DNA of 63,851 bases, counting the filler, from Octopus bimaculoides (Eukaryota), in NCBI RefSeq assembly GCF_001194135.2. It is 4 parts of 3 records of this genome, joined end to end, with 100 filler letters (N's around TTAATTAATTAA, not from the genome) between each part and the next. Parts side by side here need not be neighbours in the genome. Positions count along the whole stretch, not along the records: positions 24,311 to 44,727 come from NC_068993.1; 3 more parts are not named here. One strand, written 5' to 3'. Positions 26,376 through 39,737 of this stretch are shown here, piece after piece. The notes beneath the pieces were generated by a model. That model worked only from the letters and a program-made list of their open reading frames with translations. It was not told the DNA's origin and ran no database searches. A program made the position numbers and the translations under genes. Positions within the stretch are counted from its first letter, which is position 1. Every line of letters starts with the position of its first letter.

Positions 26376-27559
26376 CTTGATGGATTCCAGGGTTTCGTAT
26401 ATTTATGAGTTGATTTCTTAATTTCACCAAAGTGTAAATACCTATTATGGTGATACTTGAAAAAATAAATAAAAATTAGAAAATGAATCGAACTTAAAAA
26501 TTTCCCGATAAGCAAGTGGTCATATTATTTATATCCTACAAAGAACTACAGTACGTTTGATTCGCCTGTCATCAGTGAAATACGTTGAAAAAACTTCTCA
26601 AATCCTATGCAATATTTTCTATAAGTATTTCATTTTGTTCACTTTCTTTTTCATAATCATGGTTATGATTTGAATAATCATTTATTTAGTCATATGCAAA
26701 TTTTACTCATATGCGTTTGGCGTAGACATCGATCAAGTTTACTTTTAGCTGTCATGTACTTAGATTACTAATCCGCTTTTAGTCAAACAGTTACAAAGCG
26801 TAATTCAGTTTAATTAAAAACCATGACTAAACAACGCATTGTCAGCCACACTATAATTTGCGAAAAATATCTGCGCGCAAAGTGCATCACCCACCCGACA
26901 AAATTCCGTGCCTGGCAGGAATGTTAAGAAGAAGAAGAAATATATTAGAAAAAATACGTGGATATCAAGTGAAATAAATAAGAAAATAATAAACAGGTAG
27001 AACTTTCTCTTTTAACCCCTTTGTTATCGGCAAAGTTTCTCTTTTAAGACAGACACTCACCAATACACGCATATTGTCACAACATGATACATGTTCTTCT
27101 ATTTAAAACTTGCTCCTCACTCGATTCACAACCTACGAATTCCGTCCAAGTAGCCTGTATACTTGTTATCGTTTTAAGCTGCAAAGGAAAAAAACGTTGG
27201 AACACAAGCGCACGCATACTCTTGTACAGGTATATTAACATATTCATCCATTGTCACACATAGAAACAAAATATAGCTGTATATATATATAATTGGATAA
27301 GATAGTGTCAACAAGAAAGAGTACGGCTGGACAGTTATTTCTTCATAACTACATATGTTTTCATACATATATGTATTGATATTTAAACATAGTTACATAC
27401 AAATAGTAACAAATGCACTGACATACCTACATACGTATATGTATATATATATAATTGGATAAGATAGTGTCAACAAGAAAGAGTACGGCTGGACAGTTAT
27501 TTCTTCATAACTACATATGTTTTCATANNNNNNNNNNGTATATATAAGTATGTGTGCGT

Positions 27560-27771
27560 GGGGGTATATAAGCTTTAATGAGACAAACAGACAGACAGAC
27601 AAACAGACAAACAGACAGACAAACAGAAAGACAGACTGACAGACAGACAGACAAACAGACCGACCGACGGACGGACGGACAGACAGAGAGACAGGTAGAC
27701 AAACAGGTAGACAGACAGGTAGACAGACAGACAGATAGATAGCTAGCTAGCTAGCTAGCTAGCTAGATAGC

Positions 27772-27831
<60 letters not shown>
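27560..27831. repeat. Compound GACA/GACG/GCTA/GATA tetranucleotide microsatellite
   Basis: Directly visible. Confidence 0.95.
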
Positions 27832-27833
<2 letters not shown>

Positions 27834-28931
27834 TTAGGTCATCAAGTACAAAATTTGTAGTAAGGTAAATCGTAAACTTTGACAGCTGCTCATTTTGCGC
27901 CACTATTATATTTTGAACATCTTTATTTTGTTGTTAGAAAGCTAACACTTATTTTTTAATTCTAAATCATTTTGCTCTTTATGAAGTATTTATAACTCGT
28001 TTTTAGCTATTTTTGTTTAGAGATAGATAAATCAGAAATTCATATAGTTTTGAGATATGAGTTCTTTCACGGAATATTAATGGAGTATTTCATTCTAATG
28101 TTATTACACAGCAGACAGTATAAAATTGATTTGTAAATCGGTAAAGTGAAAAAGTTGGATAAATGGGTTCCACATGAACTCAATAAAAAAATCAGAAACA
28201 GTAACGTCTGGAAGCCTGCATTATGCTATTTTCTCGTAACAACAATAGATCATTTTTGAATCAAATTGTAAAATGTGATGAAAAATGAATCTAATACAAC
28301 AACCATAAAAGTTCAGCACAATGGTTAGACAAAGACGAGCCACCAAAACACAGTTCAAAAGCAAAATTCATCAAAAGAAGCTGATGGTATGTTTGGTGTT
28401 CTGGCACATGTGTGATCCATTATGATTTCATTAAACCTGGTTCACCAATCACGGCCGAAGTATACCGCAACCAATTGGACCAAGTGATGCAGAAACTCAT
28501 AAAAAATAAAAAAAAACAGCCTAGATTAGTCAACAGATCCACTCCTATTTTATTGCAAAACAATGCCAGACAACACATCGCAAAAATGACATTGGCGAAA
28601 TTACAGGAGTTTGAGTTGGAAGTTCTCCATCATCTAAAAAGTTATCCAAATGCTGGAAGAATTTGGATAACTTTGAGATAGGAAAAACATTTAATTCCGA
28701 CGATGCTGCTAGCCTTTCAAAATTTTGTTGAGTCTAGATTGCCAGGATTTTAACACTTTTGGGCTGGACAAGGTACCGACGAAGTGGCAAAATAAGAAAA
28801 TAATAATATGGGTGCATTATTTGATGAATGAATAAGAAAATAATATGGGTGCATTATTTGATGAATAAAACTATTCTTATATTAGCGAATCTTTTTTTCC
28901 TTTTCTACAAATATCATACTTGACAACCTAA
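27834..28931 (+). mobile_element. Internally deleted mariner with both TIRs
   Basis: TIRs TTAGGTCATCAAGTACAAAATTTGTAG / CTACAAATATCATACTTGACAACCTAA, TA-flanked. Motifs LDKWVPHEL, IVKCDEK and ILLQNNARQH. Length 1098 bp. Confidence 0.9.
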
Positions 28932-31559
28932 TAGTTTAATTGGTAGATAAACAGACAGATGGCCAAGCAAATGTGCATACATACACTAGCAGAGAGATGT
29001 ATGTGGAAAATTGAACTTACTTTGAAACTGAAACAGATTGTACGGTTACAGCAATCGTAAAAATGATGATCCAATATATGTTCATTTCAGGCATTAGTTT
29101 GGTGACAACAGTAAATCTCTGCAAGAATAATTGGAAATTATGAGTTAAGATTGTGTTCAATGAAAAGGAATATTTAATTGTGCGCTGATAATTGATTTAC
29201 TCAGTAAGTAATGTGTTGAATTCTCTTGGTAAAGATTATTTTATCTCACCATATATATTACTACCATTATCTAATATTCAGCGCTGAGTGTATTTATGTG
29301 TGTACGTTTACGCTGTTGATTAGCTGTGAGTAGCTCTGGTGCAGTAGACGCGCAAACTATCGTGGACTATATAATTAACGAGTTTTGTATTATTTACGAT
29401 GTTAACNNNNNNNNNNNNNNNNNNNNNNNNNNNNNNNNNNNNNNNNNNNNNNNNNNNNNNNNNNNNNNNNNNNNNNNNNNNNNNNNNNNNNNNNNNNNNN
29501 NNNNNNGAGAGAGAGAGAGAGAGAGAATGTGAATAAGTAATAAGGATGTCCCGATATCAATACAATACGGCCGTTTCGGGCGGCTCCATTTAATCGATCA
29601 ATGAAACCGTAACTTGCATGGAGTCGAATTAGACTGTTATTAAATAATAAATTTGCTGAGTTTTACAATTTTTCACTTGTCCGCTCACTTGTTCCAGTGA
29701 TTCAAAATTTGTTGATCTCAATCCACAAGCTGGTAGTAAACAATTTACAATGGGGACACAACCGCTACCGTTCTCTTTCAAAAGGAAGTCATATTTAACG
29801 CGCCTCATCGAAAAATCATAACGTGTAATAAGGCGCATGCACTGGAAAGACTTCTTTTTCAAGAATCTACGCCCACAACTGCGCCCGTAGACAGTTGTGG
29901 CTTTAAATACCGAAATTACCCTCCCAAGATAAATGACAATGATAACTTTGAACCTGACATAATGAATATCATAAAGAAGCTTATGCTTCGCTCATCATGC
30001 TAGTTCTTTCCTTAATTATTTAAAGAATGACATGTCAAAAATGAAGAAATATAATATTTCTATTTTCGAAATCAGTGAACATATTTTACTTGAAATATAT
30101 ATGTTTTCAAAGGCGAATAGGCATGGACAGCTAGCAAGCCAGACTGATGATTAGAAATGACTCTGAAACTAATCTCTGGATGCTGGCTTTGCTGGGAGGT
30201 GCTTATCTCCACATTGAAAATATAACGAGACGCAGGAAATATGTCATGGCCGACTGGAAACGGTGTTTCATAGGGCTAAATAGCAGTAGCATTCTTCCCT
30301 TTCATGGAACTGTCACATTAAGTTGACAACATGCCATCACTTTATCGTGCTGCTACTCTATAAATCTCCCTGAGAGATTTAGAAATGTAATACTTCTATT
30401 TTCCAAATCAGTGAATGTATTTCACTTGAAATATATATGTTTTCAAAGGCGAATAGGGCTAAATAGCAGTAGCATTCTTCCTGAAGTGAAAGAACTAGCC
30501 ATCCTCCCAGATATAGAGGGCCGCTTATATTCTTTTTTTCTTTTCGGTTTGTATAATAAAGTTCGGTAACGATCTCACTTCATAATTTTCGAATGTTTCC
30601 TCTTCTGTTCCTATAAAATGCTTATTCGTTTATTTTTATGAATGCAAAACCAAGCTTTTTTGTAACAATTCCAGAGAATTTTTACGTTCTGCATTCAAAT
30701 TCCGCCGAGATCAACTGCTTTTCATCCTTTCGCAGTTGGTAAAATGGGTAGCAGTTGACCACTAGGGTATTTGTAAGCTACTTACTCCCTTCCCGTAAGC
30801 TGCTGACCTTTTGCCAACAGTTGAAGCCATCGTGATTATAATACGAAAATGTGTGTTGTATTAGATTACTTTAGTCACCATAGATTATAAGCCGCACTAT
30901 CTGATGTCCTTTGATGTTTTATATCATTAAATTTACTATATACCCGTCGACACATTTATTGCGGTTATTTCTCATTGCGGATATTAGATGTCACTGTAGT
31001 CAAAATGTTTTTACAACTATAATTTTAATATATTACCAAACGTTTGGAGTGCTGTTAATTGATCATTGATCTTTTCTAATCTGTTTTTTTTTTCATTGTT
31101 CTTTCGTTTATTATAAACCAAGTCTTGCTATAAATGTATAGTAATTAAAGTTTATCTTGACGCTATCTCTCAGTTTATTAACGAATGTTCGTAAGAACTG
31201 ACACGGCGCAGGTAGTCTGATTAGTTAGGCGAGTATTTAATTGTTTTCGATAATATATCGTAAACATTCTCATTTATCATTTGCAATGCGCAGTTTTCAA
31301 TGTTTAGTGAGTGTCTTGGATCGCTAAACAATCACATTTAGAGACAAAGTATCAAAATTATTGATAAAATATTCACAGAAATTCATTTGAACACATATTT
31401 GGATATTCTTGTTGACATAATCTCCGCTTTTCTAACATGAAATAGCCAAGTGAAGTACTATTGCGTTTCATGAACATTTTAAGTATTGGTTTCAAGTGAT
31501 TTATATTTTGTTTATTATACTTATCCGTGTATTCAGTTTTACAGTTTATTCAATTTTAC

Positions 31560-31890
31560 TTAAGAAACGCCTGTATAAATTCTGACATTAACTGTTGTTT
31601 GAATACGGATTTACACCAAACTTATATGAAACCTAACTCTAACCTTAAGTGTGTAAACTATCAAAGTAGCCATCCGCAATCGGTAAAAAGGGCTTTAATT
31701 AGAGGAATTAGGAAAATGATTTCTTTTCTCTCATCTAATGAGGACATATTTAATAGCCATAAGGATAAATACGATAAGGCATTTATGGAGGCAGTCTATA
31801 GAGGTAGAATTAAATATATCCCACAAGAGCATGTAACAGATGGTAGTATTATGGAAAGCATGATGAATTTGGAATATTTGAGACGCGATT
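31560..31890 (+). mobile_element. Penelope-like RT C-terminal (thumb) fragment
   Basis: YMKPNSNLKCVNYQSSHPQSVKRAL...FLSSNEDIFN matches PLE YxKPN...SxHP...LSSN. Confidence 0.75.
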
Positions 31891-32570
31891 AACATATTTC
31901 AGATACTGTTAGGCTTATGGAGAAACCTGTATTAAGGTCTAGCTTAACGTCTAGGAAGTTTAATATTTTACAGTTTCATCATATTTAACCGACAAACATA
32001 TATTCTTAAACTGTCTTAGTTCCAACATAGTCAACATTACTGGAATTACATATAGTGAGAAAATTAATGTCCCTATGAAGACCATATTCAAGATTATGAA
32101 ATTCATCTTTAAAACAATATTATAAGTATATATCCACGAGATCAGTGAATTACACAGAATCATTACATCCCATGGAGATATCGAAGTCATTTTGCTTATA
32201 CATAATGGTACACAACTTAACATTGAACGTAATAATTGTTTTCGTGGCTGCTAGAATAACATCTAAATCAGTTTTGCTAAATTAGTTTTCGCCATAGCAA
32301 AGATAGCAGCCTTGTTCAGAATTATAGGAGAGATAGAAGTGTTATAATTATGAATAGCAAACTGAAGAAACTTATCTTGTCATTAATATTATGACGCTAT
32401 TTAATTAACTCTATTACGCTAGAATACAAGCTATTGGATATTTTCATTTTTTTTTTTTTAGTTTAGGAATTATTTCATCTATAATACGTTTTCTTTTCCT
32501 ACTAATACCTGACTTAGTTGGGCAGATCAATCTCTTTGTAAGAAAAGTTCTGTTTGTCATTAGATTATAT
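31880..32570 (-). mobile_element. Penelope-like RT fragment
   Basis: RLICPTKSGIS.K.K.IIDEI; FLQFAI; FDISMGCNDSV.FTDLVDI (FDVTMGS.DGAE.CELVG-like); LKYVNRVSN. Confidence 0.75.
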
Positions 32571-32574
32571 GTAC

Positions 32575-32700
32575 CACATTCACTCACAAGGCTCTTTCTT
32601 GTCGGCTGGGCACTATAGTAGAAGACACTTGCCCAAGGTGCTACTGAATCCGAAACGATGTCATCGGGGTGCAAACTTCTTACCACAGAGTCAGGCATGC
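32575..32700 (-). mobile_element. SINE family B 5' fragment
   Basis: CACTCACAAGGCT...CTATAGTAGAAGACACTTGCCCAAGGTG. Confidence 0.75.
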
Positions 32701-33072
32701 GCCTATGTGTGTGCGTGTGTGTGTGCGTGTGTGTGTGCGTGTGTGTGTGTGTGTGTGTGTACGTGCGTGTGTGTGTGCATGTGTGTGTGTGTCTGTGTAT
32801 CTGAAAGGAGTATCAATGGAAAAGAGAAGGAAAAAAAGAAGGAAGAAAGAAAGCAGAAGGAATTGTGTTTACATCTATACAGCTGGTTAGTTAAAAAAAG
32901 CTAGGAGACAAATATGAAAACCAAGTTAATTGGGTTCAATTCTAGTTGGCACAAAAATGTCCCACTATCTGGGTTTCTTGCCGTTTTTAGGCTCTGTTGT
33001 TCCAAAGTTGAATAACGATTAAGAATAATGAAATATTGTGATGAATCAATGAGTGAGGTATCTAAATATTGG

Positions 33073-33215
33073 TACTCAAGTAGTTCAGTTTGATATACTA
33101 CTTTGAGACACTGATGAAGTTACAAAATACGAAATTTCGCCTTATGATTTATAAAGAGAGAAATAGTGAAAGCGTTTATATATACATATACATATACGCA
33201 TAGGCACACAGAGTT

Positions 33216-33262
<47 letters not shown>

Positions 33263-34387
33263 NNNNNNNNNNNNNNNNNNNNNNNNNNNNNNNNNNNNNN
33301 NNNNNNNNNNNNNNNNNNNNNNNNNNNNNNNNNNNNNNNNNNNNNNNNNNNNNNNNNNNNNNNNNNNNNNNNNNNNNNNNNNNNNNNNNNAGGTATATAT
33401 CTATTTGTGTATGCGTAGCGTAAGTTTAGAAGAGAAAGCAATGGTTTCATATCTAGCGTGAACTAGATATCTCTTCAATTTCTCTAAACAGTAACCGTTC
33501 TCTGCAAAGAATGTTTGTTTTAAAACACGAGAACACCGGTGATAATTCAAGAAAAAATCCTCTATTAAAATATGGCCGGGCGCGTTGTCATCCTTCGCTT
33601 GATAGCTATGTTTTTCAATTTTGAAGTAAAAATTTCCGAAAATGTGGACAATTTCCCATGGCTTCCGTCCTGGAGTTAAGGTATAAATCTTTCTACAAAA
33701 CACAATTTACACAGTCTTATTCCATTCCGATAGGGTCCACAAGTTTCCAATAATTTCCACGTGATGTTAAAGGTCGTATGATCGTCCTCTAGGCGCCATA
33801 CGTATGCTGCAAGTTCTGTTGTGCTTCGTTTTGCCGGGAACCTGAAAGAAGATCTGTGGTTGTTCAGACGAATTTTAAATCTGGATTCACAAGATCCGAC
33901 ATAAATTTTAGTTTGTATCCCTGTGTTGACATTGATGTTACTGATATTTGTGCTGCTTCCGTTTGAGGCTACCTTTACTTGGTACACTGTAGCCTTGGTG
34001 TTACATCGGCCGTCCACTAGGCATTCATTACTAATCCTGCATGAACAATCTGCCTCTCTTCGTGGCTTAGGAGTGCTAAGTAATTTATTCTTAATATTAG
34101 GGGCACAACTTAACGGGATTCTTAAATTATGCCTGTTAAAGATCTTTCTAAATTTTTGTGATCGGGTGAAATGCCTCTCAACCAACCTAAGAAACATATT
34201 CACTATGCATGTCCGGCGTTTAGAGAGAAGGGGGAGCGAACCATAATGTCTTGCGGGGGCGTTTCCTCTTATGGTTACTTAATCCAGGTAAACTTTCACT
34301 ATTTCTTTATAAATCATTAGGCGAAATGTCGTATTTTGTAACTCCATCAGTGCTTCAAGGCTGTATATCAAAGTGAACTACTTGCGA

Positions 34388-34389
<2 letters not shown>
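33073..34389 (-). mobile_element. 5'-truncated Penelope-like element (GIY-YIG) with ~105-bp inverted flanking copies
   Basis: WFAPPFS..KIFNRHN..SCAPN..CLVDGRC..VYQ..IYVGSCE.RFK.RLNNHRSSF..CKLC (ORF 33676-34203). 33073-33175 is the reverse complement of 34288-34389. A gap at 33263-33390 interrupts it. Confidence 0.85.
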
Positions 34390-34423
<34 letters not shown>

Positions 34424-35932
34424 GGATAGAGAGAGAAAAAGAGAGAGAAAGTGTGCGCGCATGCGTATGATTTAAAATATGCATGTTTTTCTTTAATTTA
34501 CAACATTTTGTACTTAATAGCTGTTTTAAAGTTGAATGTAGTGAAGCACAATTGTCTCAGTCACCGACATTTTCCACACAAATCCCCATTTCACATGATC
34601 TTACTACGTTACAATTCAATATATTAGATTGTGATATTTTAAACCATTCAATTTCCAAATAAAGATTATCTCACAGAGATAAATCGGAATTTGGTGATGA
34701 TAACTAATTGAGAGAACATTTTCTTACTTAAAAAAAATTATATATNNNNNNNNNNNNNNNNNNNNNNNNNNNNNNNNNNNNNNNNNNNNNNNNNNNNNNN
34801 NNNNNNNNNNNNNNNNNNNNNNNNNNNNNNNNNNNNNNNNNNNNNNNNNNNNNNNNNNNNNNNNNNNNNNNNNNNNNNNNNNNNNNNNNNNNNNNNNNNN
34901 NNNNNNNNNNNNNNNNNNNNNNNNNNNNNNNNNNNNNNNNNNNNNNNNNNNNNNNNNNNNNNNNNNNNNNNNNNNNNNNNNNNNNNNNNNNNNNNNNNNN
35001 NNNNNNNNNNNNNNNNNNNNNNNNNNNNNNNNNNNNNNNNNNNNNNNNNNNNNNNNNNNNNNNNNNNNNNNNNNNNNNNNNNNNNNNNNNNNNNNNNNNN
35101 NNNNNNNNNNNNNNNNNNNNNNNNNNNNNNNNNNNNNNNNNNNNNNNNNNNNNNNNTATCATATATATATAATATATAGATATATGCATATATCCATACA
35201 TATATATAGATATATGTAAATACCTACATCTATATGTATACATACATGCATATATGGGTACAGGACATCAAAAACGTTAAACACAATGAGAAACCAAAAC
35301 ATAAAACGAACTTTTATCGAACAACGAAAAAAAAACAAAAAAACAGAGAAACGAGACATGCAACATAAAATTTTTAAAATAAGAAAATGAATAAAAATTT
35401 TTGTTCAGGTATTTTTATTTAAAGACATTCAATTTTAGAAATAAAATTCCATATTGAAAACCAATTGGAAATTTCAAAATGAAGTTATTTAACAACCTGT
35501 AGGATAACCTACGAGAAACCCAGAAGTGTTCGTTTATCTCTTAACGCAAGCGTTCTGTAGATGCCGCCATTGCCACGTATATACAAAATAATCACACTCA
35601 ACACATCCTTGCTTATGCCAATATGATACACAATAGTGCATTGACGGCATTATGATAGTTAAGATATAGACATTATCGGGATAAAAAGAATGGTAGATAA
35701 AACTAGTGAATAGGTGAGAACGTTGTTGATAAATTGTAAAGGAGAGAGTAGTTAGACACGACAATTCGTAGAACATATGCCTCTCAATAATACCAGAGAT
35801 AAACAAAGTATATCATATCGAACTCCACCCATCACCATCCATTTTGCTGCGTCAGTGTTTATTGAAATACATGGTGCATACATATGAAGTGAACACAAAC
35901 AAAACTCACATACTGCCAGATTTTTACCTACA

Positions 35933-35982
<50 letters not shown>

Positions 35983-36129
35983 AACAGAACACAAAGGATT
36001 CCGCGGTACACCTGTTTCAAGGTTTATACACAAACAGTCGTTGCATCATTATATGAGTATATAATTGATAGACATGATAGTTTAAATCTATCTTCAGCCG
36101 CAAATATATTCCGTCCCAAGATTACATCA

Positions 36130-37000
36130 CAAAGACGAAATCACAAAGAAACAAAAAAAAGAGAGAGAAACACGGGAGACAATACGTCGAATATTTCTTC
36201 TGGATATTTGTCCAGCCGTAAACGGATTGCTTCAATTGCATAACTATGGGGTATGTTGGTGTATAAATTAATCACATCGAATGATACCATGATTTTTTCC
36301 TCCTCGACCCTTTCTGGCATTTAACATATTAAAGTCATCTCTAATACGACTCGATATATTTTAGAAATGGTTTCAGGTGAATATACAGGATTGTCAAGCT
36401 ACAATGGACCGTACGTTTAGGTCTCCTGGTGCTGGTGTATGTATGTATTCCTTTCGAGATTTTTTATGTCTTCGTTTATAGGTTGGCTTTTGTGAATTTT
36501 AGATAGACCATAGAATTTCATGGTTTTACATTTAAAGTTTGTCAAATAGTTTATTTCTGTTTGTTAGGTCTTTTCTGTGGGTTTGGATTATTGAGAAGAG
36601 GATTTTCATTATTTTTTTTTGGGGTGGGGGGGTAATTATTGAATTTTTCGTAGTGTTCATCATTATTAAGTATGGACACTACTAGATTTTTTTAGAGTAA
36701 TGTGTCCATTACCACTACTGCACTTCATTTATCCGCTTCTTTGATTGTTATTTCTTCATTGTTTTGTAGTTCAGTTAGTTCTTTCCATTGGGCAGTGCTG
36801 ACATTTGAAGTAATTTTTTGTTTGCGCAGGGCGTGGCTGGGGAAACTTTCGATGTAGTAGCAAAATTCATCGATATTATTTATTTCTGTCTTTGTGGGAT
36901 ATGTGTTCACTTCTGTTTTTGAATAGTGAATCATATTCGCTTTTATGATCAGCCAGTGCCTCTTTTGTAAGCCTTAATTTCCTGCAGAATTCGGAAACAC
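36130..37000 (-). mobile_element. Penelope-like RT fragment (different lineage)
   Basis: ITIKEADK..AVV; PKFYGLSKIHK; VSFDVINLYTNIPHSYAIEAI. Confidence 0.85.
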
Positions 37001-37817
37001 TGCCCTTGATCTCATTTTAGTAAGCTCTGCGTGGTGTTGGGGTGAATTTTAACTCTGTAGATAGGATATCGATCTTTGTGGATAAGAGGTGTTTATATGA
37101 CAGCTTAATTAACTTCGGTTTCTCCTTTGTATAAATTTCTACCTCATATATATATATATATATATATTATCGTGTAAGAAAACAGAGAGATGTAATGGAT
37201 ACAAAATAATTTATTAATTAATTAACATATTCACCTACATTGTTTTATTTTTCAAGCAAAATTAAAATTACGAAACATATATAAATATATAATTTTGCAT
37301 TTTAAATACCTTGTGATCGTCAGGGTGTAGAAAGAACAATACAAGGATTACATTATGACCAGTTTGGAATACTCAGAACACATANNNNNNNNNNAGAGAG
37401 AGAGTGAGAGAGAGAGAAAGAGAGAGAAAAAGAGAGACTATTAATTAGTAGTAGGAGATGGATTTCATATTAGGCTTGATGGGTGTATAACAAGCCAACC
37501 GACATTAAAAATCTCTAGTGAGACTTCTTTAAGAGACCCAGACTTATGGGTCGAAACATGTACCGATTAAAAGTCTAATACGAAGTTCATTTACTACTAT
37601 TAATCAATACTATTACCATATCTTCCAATGCGGAGGTCCAACGGAAGTGTACCACAACTGCAGATGACAAGAGATAGTCTAAACCGTGCCGGTGCTCTAC
37701 TCAATATTTAAACACACTAATCGAATTATACGTATTTGTCCAAATTATATATATATACATATATATATATAACTATAGTATAGCTCGGTTTGTGAGTGAG
37801 TGTGTGTGTGTGTGTGT

Positions 37818-37896
<79 letters not shown>

Positions 37897-38105
37897 ATCT
37901 ATAGAAATCCACACCTTACAAGATAGCAATCTGGGAGTCCTACCAATGGATTCCTCATGGTCGAAAATGCCCAGAATCGGCCATTTGTTTATTTTTTTGG
38001 TTGCTTCCTAAAACGTGTATTTTTGCATTAAAAATAATTTTAAACCATCAATTCTAACAATTTTCAAATCGCCATCATTTGCAAACATGAGTTCAGTCCC
38101 CTTAT

Positions 38106-38261
38106 ACCTGCGGTGTAAACAGATAGAGAGACAAAGAAATATAACAGATTTGTTCAATATCGTCTTTTTACTGGATTATTTTCTACCTGTGGTGTAAACA
38201 GATAGTGAGAGAGAGAAACATAACAGATTTTTTCAATATCGTCTTTTTACTGGATTATTTT
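38106..38261. repeat. Two diverged tandem copies of a ~79-bp unit
   Basis: ACCTG(C/T)GGTGTAAACAGATAG...TCAATATCGTCTTTTTACTGGATTATTTT occurs twice. Confidence 0.9.
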
Positions 38262-39229
38262 GTAAACAGGGTTACGAAACTTCATTCTTTCCAATTATAT
38301 ATATATATATATTATATGCTCCCTTATTAGACTATTTTCGTTACTCATTGCACGGTGACCGGCGTAAGCTTTAAGCTTATATAAAAATACCATTATTATT
38401 ATTTACAGCATTGTAATATACGCACCGTATAATAAAACCATTCGCACCGAAACCATATATATATATATATATATANNNNNNNNNNNNNNNNNNNNNNNNN
38501 NNNNNNNNNNNNNNNNNNNNNNNNNNNNNNNNNNNNNNNNNNNNNNNNNNNNNNNNNNNNNNNNNNNNNNNNNNNNNNNNNNNNNNNNNNNNNNNNNNNN
38601 NNNNNNNNNNNNNNNNNNNNNNNNNNNNNNNNNNNNNNNNNNNNNNNNNNNNNNNNNNNNNNNNNNNNNNNNNNNNNNNNNNNNNNNNNNNNNNNNNNNN
38701 NNNNNNNNNNNNNNNNNNNNNNNNNNNNNNNNNNNNNNNNNNNNNNNNNNNNNNNNNNNNNNNNNNNNNNNNNNNNNNNNNNNNNNNNNNNNNNNNNNNN
38801 NNNNNNNNNNNNNNNNNNNNNNNNNNNNNNNNNNNNNNNNNNNNNNNNNNNNNNNNNNNNNNNNNNNNNNNNNNNNNNNNNNNNNNNNNNNNNNNNNNNN
38901 NNNNNNNNNNNNNNNNNNNNNNNNNNNNNNNNNNNNNNNNNNNNNNNNNNNNNNNNNNNNNNNNNNNNNNNNNNNNNNNNNNNNNNNNNNNNNNNNNNNN
39001 NNNNNNNNNNNNNNNNNNNNNNNNNNNNNNNNNNNNNNNNNNNNNNNNNNNNNNNNNNNNNNNNNNNNNNNNNNNNNNNNNNNNNNNNNNNNNNNNNNNN
39101 NNNNNNNNNNNNNNNNNNNNNNNNNNNNNNNNNNNNNNNNNNNNNNNNNNNNNNNNNNNNNNNNNNNNNNNNNNNNNNNNNNNNNNNNNNNNNNNNNNNN
39201 NNNNNNNNNNNNNNNNNNNNNNNNNNNNN

Positions 39230-39535
39230 CGGGCCGACCAAAGCCTTGTGTGGGGATTTGGTGGACGGAAACTGAAAGAAACCCGTCGTATATATACATG
39301 TGTCCGTGTGTGTATATGTGTGTATGTGTGTATTTATGTCTGTGTTTGTCCCAGCACCATCGCTTGACCACCGATGTTGGTGTGTTTACGTCCCCGTAAC
39401 CTAGACGTTCGGCAAAACAGTCCGATAGAATAAGTACTAGGCTTACAAAGAATAGGTCCTAGGATCGATTTGTTCGACTAAAGGCGGTGCTCCAGCATGG
39501 CCGCAGTCAAAATGACTGAACTAAGTAAAAGAAAA
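39230..39535 (+). mobile_element. SINE family B (5' end lost in gap)
   Basis: GGGCCGACCAAAGCCTTGTG...GGCGGTGCTCCAGCATGGCCGCAGTCAAAATGACTGAA...AAAAG. Confidence 0.92.
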
Positions 39536-39685
39536 AAACATATATGTATATATATATGCATCTCTCTCTCTCTCCCTTTCTTTCTTTCTTTCTTTCTTTC
39601 TCTCTCTTTCTCTCTCTATCTCTCTCTCTCTCTAGATATATATATATATGGAAAGAGTTTGAAAGCTGGAGNNNNNNNNNNGGAG

Positions 39686-39737
<52 letters not shown>

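Noticed and set aside
26548-26580. Minus-strand CTGATGA..AAACGTA hammerhead candidate
   Set aside because: G12 is missing, and neither helix II nor helix I is convincing.
27281-27527. 85-bp exact direct duplication
   Set aside because: The second copy ends at a 10-N gap, so it is probably overlapping contig ends.
33110-33145. Hammerhead in the second PLE's inverted flanks (CTGATGA..GAAA)
   Set aside because: Helix I does not pair, helix III (ATTT) is not palindromic, the second copy has core mutations, and the motif is antisense to the ORF at the 3' end.
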